Source: Eledone cirrhosa
Taxonomy: Eukaryota
Assembly: GCA_964016885.1 (NCBI GenBank)
Contig: OZ024757.1
Coordinates: 27,838,001 to 27,902,000 of the forward strand
Length of the DNA stretch: 64,000 bases
Direction: 5' to 3'
Numbering within the stretch: position 1 is the stretch's first letter; the number at the start of each line of letters is the position of its first letter. The position numbers and the translations under genes were made by a program. Shown here one piece after another: positions 53,920 to 64,000 of the stretch. The notes under the pieces were generated by a model that ran no database searches, was not told the origin of the DNA, and was given only the letters and a program-made list of their open reading frames with translations.

Positions 53920-54703
53920 GTCAGCAAGAAAAAGATCCCTTTTTTTTTGTGTATATATATATATTGTTATACTTTGCGAGGGTCATTCTGCAAATGAAAA
54001 ACAAGCAGACCTGTTGAGTTTACACTTCAATTTATTGTTATAATTTCACAGTTGGTTAGTTTGATAACCAGGTGGTTGTTTTGTTATAATCAAAGTTCTT
54101 TTATCACACATTCTGTAACCTCCTCAGTGACTACTTTTGTTATTTTCTGTCTCTCCTTTGTTCTGTCTTACACCATCTTGTTTTGACAAAAAATGAAAGA
54201 GATCATAGAATGTGTAATGAAAGAGCTTTGATAACAATCTATAACTAAACAACCATCCAGTTATTAAACTAACCAACTGGGAATTTATAATATATATATA
54301 TATGTTAGTTAGATGTGTAACAACAGTTATAGGTGGTATGCTGTTCGAAGCACTTGACGCTGTTACGAGATCCGTTTCATTTGGCTTGTATTCCAGAGTT
54401 AAGGCTGTATTGTGCATAGTGTAAATAGATTTAAAAGAGTTGAAGTAAGTGTTGCAGCATATGCACAGGCTTTATTTGCATATTACAATTGTTTCAATAT
54501 CAATAGGCTCAGGGTACAATCAAGGTGACAGGGCCCGACTATTTTTCGACATCTTATCAGATATGCGAGCTTGTGCAAAAATACATATATATATAATAAT
54601 AATTTGATTGTTGTGTTTGTAAAACATAAGCTTCAATGTATTTTAAAACCATCTTAATAGTAATTCAGTAGGTTTTCAACAAAAATGTTCTGTTGTTTTG
54701 TAG

Positions 54704-54870
54704 ACTGGTGGGATGTCAAGACCTTTTGGAAGATATTCCTGGACGTATGAGAAGAGATTCTTTACAGCTTATGTTTTCCAGTCCAGGTGAGAGTCGTAGC
54801 CTCTTACGTGGTGGCAAGACAGGCAAAGGCAGTAGTAAAACGTATAGTATAAAAGATGAAAATTTGTCAA
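54704..54870 (+). CDS. PKN: PKN exon: C2-like region (LVGCQDLLEDIPGR...SSPGESRS...DENLS)
   Basis: ttttgtag acceptor and A|gtgagt donor. 167 nt, phase 2 to 1. RL.GCQDLLE..PGR continues the PKN motif. Confidence 0.92.
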
Positions 54871-55236
54871 GTGAGTATAATGTCTAAGAGATATGCTTGA
54901 CTTAGTTATTAGCCATAACAAATTGTGCTAAGAAGCATAAACTAGATTAACCACATATTTAGAAAATGAATCTAACAAAGTCTTGTTATTTAAGAGAGAA
55001 ATATGCTTGAATTTTAATTTATTAAAACTGTATTTTAGTGAGTAAATCAGTGTTTGCAAATTAATAACTAACTTCAATAATACCTTCCTTTTGTCTCATC
55101 TAATACAAGCTTTTATCCTGTTGCCCTAATATTAAGTCTCCTAATATTTTGATTGTCTATTCACCTTTGCAATATTTTGTTTTTATAGGAATAGATTAAG
55201 CAGCACTATTTGAACCTGTGATTTGCAGCATCTTGA

Positions 55237-55499
55237 TAACCCTGCCATAATGATCTCAGCTGACCTCAGTTCATAACCCTATCATAATGCTTTTATCTGA
55301 CCTCAGTTCATAACCCTGCTAAAATGATCTTAGCTGACTCCAGCTCATAACCCTGCCATATTGATCTCAGCTGACTTCAGCTCATAATCCTGCTGTATTG
55401 ATTTCAGCTAACCTCAGTTCATAAACCTGCTTTAATGATTTCAATTGACCTCAGCTCTTAACTCTGCTGTAATGATTTTTGCTGACCTCAGCTCATAAG
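55237..55499. repeat. 37-bp minisatellite, 7 units (taaccctgccataatgatctcagctgacctcagctca)
   Basis: Unit starts at 55237, 55274, 55311, 55348, 55385, 55422 and 55459. Confidence 0.93.
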
Positions 55500-57131
55500 C
55501 CAGTCTCTCAGTTCTGTACATAAGTATATCTTCAATATGCATTTTCATAAACCGATCACTTTGACCAACCACTTAATCTTAATCTACAGATCATAGTCAA
55601 CTGATACACTATGCCATGCTGCTTGAAACTATGGAACCATTGCCAGGCACTAGCAGTATAGGAATAAGGCTATTGCTAGTTGACATGAATGTGTGTGTGT
55701 GTATAGTTTGTAGAACAAGTTGAACGACACATAAGACAACTACTGGATTTTTTTTTTACCAGTGATTATGTCTTTGTAGTAAAACATCTGTTAGATGTTA
55801 TCATCATCATCATTGTCATCATCTTTACATTCACTTTTTCCTGTTGGTATAAGCTGGTTAAGATGGTTTAAGACAATGTTTTACAGTCAGGTGCTTTTCT
55901 TGACACCAGCGCTTTTAGTTAGCTCTTATGACATGCAGGAATATGGTGTACCTATTCTAAAACCTAGGATACACACTATTGTTTGACTGTTTTAATTGTG
56001 TTGGTGGATGGGATGCTGGTATATGTGCAAACTTAGCAAGGGTGTGTGAACTCAATGCAAAGTCATTGGTACTATTTCTGTAATAATTCCATCATTCTCT
56101 GATTACTATATATATATCCCGAATAGCTGTATTTCTTTAGGGGCTGTTTGTGCCCTGGGAGGAGTAGTCATTAACACCTCAAACTACAGACACTCAGTAG
56201 TCAGCTGGTGAGCAGAAAATCTCTATGTGTCCATATTCTCCAATTTTTTTGTATCCTTTGTTTGTCCCATATGTTAATTTTGGACTTATATGTTTATGTA
56301 TATATCTATATATCATTCCTTCTTTGAGCCCTCAACTCATGGTGGAGTTATACGGGTGCTGTCAGGATCTTGAACAGTTAAGCCTTGGGGAACCCAATTC
56401 TCAGCAGGTCTGACCACAGTCAATTTTTATTGAGAGAGTGATAGGGAGAGAGAAAAAGAAGACACAATCCCAGTACTGGAATGATACTTTATTTATTGAC
56501 CCAGAAATGCTGAAAAGCAAATTTGACATTTTAAACTCAGAACACAAAGAACTAAAACAACTACTGCAAGGCATTCAATCCAATGTTTCATTGTTTTGTG
56601 TATATATATATATATATATATATCTATATATATATATATATATATATATATTCATACACACACTCACATATATATTTACATACATATACATAGGTAGATA
56701 AGACATCGCCAGATAAAAATCTGACATGTATATATATGGGTGTGAAGCAGAATAGTTATCTTTAATTAGATTGTAATTAGTACTGCATTTGTGTTAGCTA
56801 TCAAATAATTGGCTTTAATTATATCCACATTTCTAATAAAAGAAGCTAAAAGGGGGTCCAGTGAATAGATGGTAAAAAGGTAGTTACTTTAATGCTAAAG
56901 ATAAACTATAAGATTGGTTCCTAATATTTTCACTACCAAGGACTTCTTTTATTTAAATGACTCTTTCCCATAGAGCTCCTCACTACAATTACTCCCCTCC
57001 CAGATTTGGTATATGGTGAGAATGATAATTGGAAGAGAGAAATGTTTATATTTAGAGAAGAATTGATATTCACTAGCATGTGCATCAGAACAACACAAGA
57101 TATCTTGCTCCAACTTAATTTCTCCAACTCT

Positions 57132-57170
57132 TTCTTTTGATGAAGGGATTTTATTCCGAAATATCAAGGA
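57132..57170 (+). ncRNA. Degenerate minimal hammerhead motif (different family)
   Basis: ttctt-tTGATGA-a-gggat-ttt-attcc-GAAATATC-aagga, with palindromic stem III ATAT; C3 is mutated to T. Confidence 0.5.
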
Positions 57171-58965
57171 CTAATTATACACCTCCAATGTAACATTCCA
57201 GCAACTTTGTTGAAGAATTGGCCACTTTCCAGTAGGTGTGTCAATGAAAGCATAACAGTGGGGACTTCTGGAATCCTGAGAAACATCTGGTGTCTTGGGT
57301 CCCCGAACCTATAGCGGTAGAGACCGTTGGTATTGTGGTTCCCTGTACCACCTCTTCCCTAGAAAGAGATTATCTAAGGGTATTTTGTATCATTAATTTT
57401 GGCCTAGTTTATTAGGATTGTTGATATTTTATGGATGGTTCATTATTTCTTTGTTTCTTTCCACTATTATTGTTGTGGTTGTTTCTGTAGTTGTGATGAG
57501 AGCAATTAAGTGTAGTAATTATTATAATCACTGTATTCAGTAAGGATAGCCTCTTGAATTGGTAGGTTGGTTAGTGATAGTCAGTAGTGATGGTAGTGGT
57601 GGTGACGGTGGTATTGGCATGACTGCCTCTGTGGAACTATATAGCAACACACATACCTACACATAAATACATACACAATCATACATACATGTATATAACA
57701 GTTCAAATTATTCAAAATGGATGAACAGAGTAAGATATAAATGTTACTTTAAACTGAAATTATATAGATTACACATGCTGGGTTTCATTCATCTTTTACA
57801 AATTTAACCCTTTTGAAAGCAAATCACCTTAACCGACCTTGTTTCTTTCTAACAATCCTCCCCCATTTTAAAGTATTTCAACTTAATTTGATATTAAAAA
57901 AATTGTTGTCTTATAGATACAATCTTTATATTGATATAATTAAACATTTTACTAAGTCCCTCCATATTCTTCATTAGTTGATCAAAACAATATTTTTCCT
58001 TAGAAATATGGTCGCAAAAGGGTTAAAATCTTAATAATGAAATAATTAATTTTAGTAAATCCCTAAAAATTCGGCATTAATTATCATCATTATCATCATC
58101 ATTTAACGTTTATTTTCCATGCTTGCGTGGATTAGACACGATATCATGTACTGAGGCTAGACTTTTTAGGTGACAGATTCTTGCTCGTACACTCTGTTTT
58201 GGCTTGGTTTCTATGGCTAGATACCCTTACTTACACCAACCACTTTACAGGATGATCCCAGCACTACTACTTTAGTACATGTCCTTGGAGCATTTTATCA
58301 TGACTCTAGCAGTAACACCTTACAGTGAAAACTGGCGCTTTTTATCATGGCACCAGCACTGGGTTGGGGTGCATTGATGGGAGTGGAAGGGGTCGTAATC
58401 CTGGGAGAAGAAGCATCTAGTTATGGAAATGGCCTTGAAGAGAGTAAGTTGCATCTGGTAGTATATTGTGAGGTGTACCTTGCTTTCCATGCTTGTATGG
58501 GTTGGACAAACAACAGGGATGTGCATGGAAGTAGGGAGCACATTTTTCTCCTTTTTTCCCTTCTATGTAAACATGGGTTGGACAAGGAAGGAAAACTGGG
58601 GATGTAGCAGAAGGAAACACAATGTGGAGAGGATGGAGCACTGGAAATAGAGTGATTTCATTGAAAATATAGGGGTTGAGTTAAATACGGAATATACTAA
58701 ACTGGAAGGGATGATTTAAGCATTGAATATGTACCATGTTAACTATATAAAAACCTGATATATTTTGAGCTTGTGGTGTCAGTGTTGGGCAAGGGTGTCT
58801 TTCATGCACTCACTTGCCTCTTTGATATGTGGTGACAGACAAAAATAACCATATAATTGGTAGTTTAGTGATAGTTTGTGGTGGTATGAATGTGTGTGTC
58901 AATCTGTGTGTATGTATGTATGTATGAATGTGCGTGTGTGATATATATGTGTGTATATGTATGCC

Positions 58966-59166
58966 AGGAAGTCCCAGTGGAGGGAAGACGCATTAGAGGT
59001 AGACCACAAAAAACATGGGTGGAGGTGGTGAGAGCAGATCTCAGATCGCTGAAACTCACCGAGGAGATGATGAAGGGCCGTGACAAGTGGAGAGATGCTG
59101 AATAGGACCTGTCCAACCCTTGCAAGCAGGGAAAAGCGGACATAAAATGATGATGATGATGATGAT
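58966..59166 (+). mobile_element. RTE LINE 3' fragment with short 3' UTR and (GAT)n tail
   Basis: EVPVEGRRIRGRPQKTWVEVVRADLRSLKLTEEMMKGRDKWRDAE*, followed by tgtccaacccttgcaagcagggaaaagcggacataaaa(tga)n. Confidence 0.85.
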
Positions 59167-59267
59167 ACATATACATATGTGTGTGTGAATATATGTATGT
59201 ATAACTGCATTTGTATGTGTCTGTGTGTGTATATATAATAACCACCTTATCAACATTATTTATATTT

Positions 59268-59453
59268 GGCGGTGGATTGGCAGTATCGGTAGAGAGTCGG
59301 ACACCATGCTTTGAAGCATAGAGTTACGTCCCTTTATGATCTGAGTTCAAATCCCGCCGAGGTTAACTTTGCCTTTCATCCTCACGGGGTCGATAAAATA
59401 AAGTACCAGTAATGTACTGGGTAATTGCTGGCCTTGTGCCTAAAATAGAAACA
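59268..59453 (+). mobile_element. tRNA-headed SINE (family 1), young full-length copy
   Basis: 13-bp TSD attatttatattt (59255-59267 and 59454-59466). Near-identical to the copies at 5106 and 6477. Confidence 0.9.
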
Positions 59454-60133
59454 ATTATTTATATTTACCCAAGTCTCTAGTAGAAACTATTAATGGGTAT
59501 TTTGTTTTTATCTTACATAGTGGTTTTTGTATGTAGACCCTTCCTCTCTCTGGTTGAGGTGGTGGAATAAGATTCAATTTTCCCTAAATATATATATATA
59601 TATATAGTAATAATAATTACGAAGACCAAAATATATACATTAATAGAAACGATATATACACTCTGCCTGTGCATCGAGTGGTCATATTGGTACCACCACT
59701 AGTAATTTACTGAATGACACTCACACACACACACACATATATATATATTTCTTTATTTACCATAAAGGCATAAAAAGAAGGGACAAATACAAAGAGGGAG
59801 TTTACATAAAATCGAGTAAAAAGGGTATAAAATGAAAATAATCGAAAACAACCTCAAAAGGGAGGGGACGTGATGGGGGTTGCACACACCCTATATATAT
59901 ATATATATATAGATAGATAGATAGACAGAGTTAGAGATATGAAGTGACTTCTATCACTGTGATTGAATTTTCTGTCTCACTTCCTTTATCTTTGTGTGTG
60001 TGTTTCGCTCTGCCTTTCTGCCGTGCATCTAACTTACCAAATTAGTTCAACTATTATTTATAATGAGTGTCTGTTAATACAGTTATTTTCTGTGTTTGAG
60101 AAGCTCATATTTTCAGATTTTCATGTATATATT

Positions 60134-60171
<38 letters not shown>

Positions 60172-61653
60172 GTGTCTGTTTTCCCTGCTACCAAGGATTA
60201 TCTATATGTATAATCATCATTATCATCAACATTTTAAAGTTTACTTTTCCATCCTGGCATGGATTGGACAAGACTTTTTAAGGTAGTCTTTTAGTACCAG
60301 ATGCCTTTCCTGACACCAACCCTTTTCATCACTTCTTATGCTCTGCAGGGATGTGGTGTACTTATTGAAAACCAAATTCACATGGTTTTACATGTATATA
60401 TATATATATATTGATGAGGTTATAGTATCAACTATAATCTCGTTTACACACATTACTCACTCAATGAATTATGGATTGAACTTGTAAGGAACAAAACCTG
60501 TCTCAGAGTGCTTACAAAGTGTATGTTTGCAATGTAGCATGTGCACCTAATTAGCCTGGACTGAGGTTTCTGCAGATGCATATATATATATATAAAATTA
60601 GAGACTGAGAGAGAAAGATGTTACATTTATTTATATGATAAAAAAAAAAGAGGCAATGAAAAACTCTTTCTGTTATTGCTGTTGTTATTGTTGATTTGAA
60701 TATTGTCATATTGTCAATAAAATTTTAGGTTCCAACACATCGAAAGAAATTGATGGAGCCGAACATATCAGCCTGTTGTTTAAACAATTGATAGGAGAGG
60801 ATACCAAAGGTAAACTGAGCACGTAAATGTGTAATGAGAAGCTCTGTGTGAAAATAGGAGTAGCCAAATATGCACATTTGTAAAAGAGGATAGCTGACAG
60901 GAGAAGGCATTCACACGAATCCCGACCAACCTTGTATCAAAATAACCAGTAGCCAAATATACACTTTTCCAAAAGGGGTAGCTGGCAGGAGAAGGCATCC
61001 AAAAGCAACCCTTTATAATCATCTCATTTGACCCTTTGATACAAAACTCACCTAAAATTCCCTCTGGTTCAACATTATTCTATGTTTGTTTCTTTGCTAA
61101 CAGGGATTGCATGGGTTCTTACTGACCAAGTCAGTACTTAATCAGAGCTACTGTCCTTCTAGACAGGCCAGGGGCTATGTCTCACTTATATAAATTCCAA
61201 TTTTGGCATTATGGTGATTATTGATATCAGTAATCATCATCATTCTCATTGATATAGCCATCATCATCATCAATATTGACATTGTCATTATCATCATCAC
61301 TGCCATCATCGTCATCATCATTATCATCATCATTATCATCATCACCTTCACCATCATTCTCATTATCAAGAAGAGGGCAGTGGATTAGCAGAATATTTAG
61401 AACCTAAGAAAAAACAAAATACCTCGTAGTATTTAATTGTGACCCTTTATGTTCTTAGTTCAAATCTTTGCCTTTCATCTTTTCAGGGTCAATAAATACT
61501 AGTTAAGAACTGGGGTTGATTTAATCGACTTTCCCCACCTCTAAATTATTTGTCTTGTGCCTAAATAAGAAATCACTATAATAATAATGGTTTAGTCACA
61601 AGGCCAACAATTTGGGGCAAGGGAAAGTCGATTAAATTGACCCCAGTACATAG

Positions 61654-61975
61654 TCTTCTTCTTCAAACACTTATTCCTGAGAGGGTCGTAAGGGCAGGGT
61701 CGTCAAACACTCCTTCCAGCAGGTCCTGTCAGAGGCAACCATCTACAACTGATCCAGCTGGATCCCCAAGGGATGTTATCTAACCATCTTGCTTGGAGTC
61801 TACCCCTGGGTTTGCTGCCAGTTGGTTTTGCTCATAAAATCTGTCCAGCGATTCTTTCCAGAGACATTCTAACCACATACCCATAATATTGGAGCTGTGA
61901 TCTCTCAATTCGGAGAAGTAACGGCTCTACCTGGAATAACTCTCTGATTGTTGAGCTACGCACTATGTATGGAGT
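61654..61975 (-). mobile_element. RTE (Rex3/Expander-like) LINE 3' fragment with (GAA)n tail
   Basis: Minus strand RSSTIRELFQVEPLLLRIERSQLQYYGYVVRMSLERIAGQIL*AKPTGSKPRGR...W. Confidence 0.78.
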
Positions 61976-62019
61976 AATAGTTGAATTTTTTTTTCATAGT
62001 TAAGGCTTCTAATTCAAAA

Positions 62020-62470
62020 ACACATGTCGCTCTCATGGACATATTAAGAAGGAGCCTGAAAGCAGCTGGCTTCCCATCACAACTGGAGCCAGCAGGCCGG
62101 CTCGATCGCAGAGATTACAAGTACCCTGACAGAATTGCCCTCTTCCCATTCAAAGGAGGTAAATACCTCATCTGGGATGCCACACACATGGTGTGACACG
62201 TTCTTTGCCTCCAACTTTGTTGCTTTGGCCACAAACCCTTGAGGAATGAAAGAGGAACAAATACCGGGGCTTGTCTGGCCACTTCCTCTTTGCACCAGCT
62301 GCTGTCGAGACCTCAGGCATCATCTGACCCCATACTGCTGAGCTCCTCCGCAAATTCAGAGGAAGGAGCTTTGACAGGTGGGGTGCTGTTGCAGTGGGTG
62401 TTGCTGGCCATTGTCTACAGAAATACCTTTGCAGTTTTGTCCACATGACGTAACCTAAACACCATCCCAC
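62020..62470 (+). mobile_element. Degenerate CRE-like non-LTR retrotransposon fragment with restriction-like endonuclease motifs
   Basis: HVALMDILRRSLKAAGFPSQLEP..LDRRDYKYPD.I.LFPFKGGKYLIWDAT, then FAPAAVETSG and LQWVLLAIVYRN across frameshifts. These match the RH..EP..RPD..WD..P.A.ET.G..QR.S.AI.RGN pattern. Confidence 0.75.
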
Positions 62471-63119
62471 CCTAGACTCAAAACCGATCACCCTCTCCCC
62501 TTCCTCCTCCTTTTCTTCTGTAGCCCAAGAGTTCTGCTTTTTCCCTCTTTTTCCTCTCATGGCATTTATAGTCCTTTTCTCTACTTTCCCATACAGCCAA
62601 ATCTGCCCTTCCTTACCTCTTCCCTTTTTTTCTCATTACTTAATTTTGTTTTTATCTTTCTTTTTCATACTTATGTAATTATAAATGGTTTTTAAGCCAA
62701 TTTTGTAAGTGAAACACGTGTTGAAGAAAAAAAAATTGTATCTACCTTAAAACCATTATTATTATTATTAGATTTTATTTTGTAAACTTTCAGATAATAT
62801 TTCTAGCTTAAATAATTAGAAAACTTGTCAAATAATGATATGTCTAGTGTAAATATTTAGAAAACTTGACAAATAATATTTTTAGATAATATTGATATTT
62901 CTAGATAATATTTCTAGCATAAATGAATTAGAAAACTAGCTAAATTTATAACAGAGCTACTGTCTTGCCATTTTCTTTCGATGTTGTTGACACTGTAAAT
63001 GTATGATTGATGTAGTAGTGTCTGTCTCTTTATCTCTCTGACTGTCGCAGTCGGATTATTAAATCAAACAAGTTCAATCTTCTGCATTGATACTCACCGC
63101 ACCCTGCTTTTAATTTCAG

Positions 63120-63140
63120 GTGGTGATCCCACAGAGTGTT
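63120..63140 (+). CDS. PKN: Candidate 21-nt in-frame PKN microexon (S-GDPTEC-x)
   Basis: Branch-point-like tactcac (63091-63097), cctgcttttaatttcag acceptor and T|gtatgt donor. Length is 21 nt, open in phase 1, matching the preceding exon. No transcript evidence. Confidence 0.45.
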
Positions 63141-63551
63141 GTATGTCTTCACTATTTTTTTGCACTCTTTCAAATCTCATTCTTTAAAATTTACGTATCA
63201 TATTTATTATTATTATTATTATATTATTATTATATTATTATTACTATTATTATTATTACTATTATCTATTATCAATGTTTTTTATTTCATTTTTGTAGAT
63301 ATATATATATATATATATATCCATATTTTCGTCTTCTAATGGTGATTTTTTTTTTGTTGCGCATTTTAGTTCCTCCTGCTTATTTCGTTTCATTTTATTG
63401 TTTTGGTGCATTTATTTCATTTTAATATGGCCGATGGTTGTCTTTCAGTGGAAGATAAGTTCTTTTTATTTTCATTTGCAGTCTTTGGTATCTTGTGTTA
63501 ACTTTTACTGTCAATATGAAGCTATTGCTAAGAGTTATGTTACAAATACTT

Positions 63552-63679
<128 letters not shown>

Positions 63680-64000
63680 GCGTATGTGTGTGTCTGTGTG
63701 TATAAAATAATTATTATTAATGCCGACTGTTAGCTTCAAAGTTTCATTAATACTACTAGCTTTTCAGTAGTATTGGCAAAAATTCGAAGTAGACAGTTGC
63801 TAGTAATGATAATATCATTTTAACTCTACAAACTGTATTGAGTCCTTCATTGCATGTTTAGTGTATTTAAAGTATACATACTTCTAAAAAGCATATATAT
63901 ATATATATATGTATATATATATGTATATGTATACATATATATATGTATATATATACATGTATGTATATGTATATGTATATATATATATATATGTATATAT

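Noticed and set aside
55237-55499. CRISPR-like 37-bp repeat
   Set aside because: Units are head-to-tail with no unique spacers, there are no cas genes, and the context is a eukaryotic intron.
59268-59360. tRNA gene
   Set aside because: A/B-box-like motifs continue into a SINE body with a TSD, and I could not build a clean cloverleaf. The same holds for the other SINE heads.

Overview
AT-rich, microsatellite-dense animal genomic DNA. The repeat types suggest a cephalopod/octopus-like genome, but that is inference. The only host gene I can support is on the + strand: six internal coding exons of a protein kinase N (PKN/PRK) gene, encoding HR1a, HR1b, HR1c and the start of the C2-like region. 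They lie at 15597-15897, 40454-40548, 50368-50536, 52478-52629, 53699-53919 and 54704-54870, and their splice phases chain in frame. One intron is GC-AG, and there is a candidate 21-nt microexon at 63120-63140. The rest is intronic or flanking DNA packed with transposons. These include an RTE-clade LINE whose ORF is open to the window edge and has a C4HC3 PHD finger inside the reverse transcriptase, truncated RTE, L1/Tx1-like and CRE-like (RLE) LINE remnants, and two tRNA-headed SINE families. Also present are piggyBac-, hAT- and mariner-type MITEs, two non-autonomous Helitrons, Penelope-type minimal hammerhead motifs, minisatellites and long (TA)n arrays. Most ORF-track entries are microsatellite artefacts. 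All calls come from reading the sequence by eye; no searches were run.
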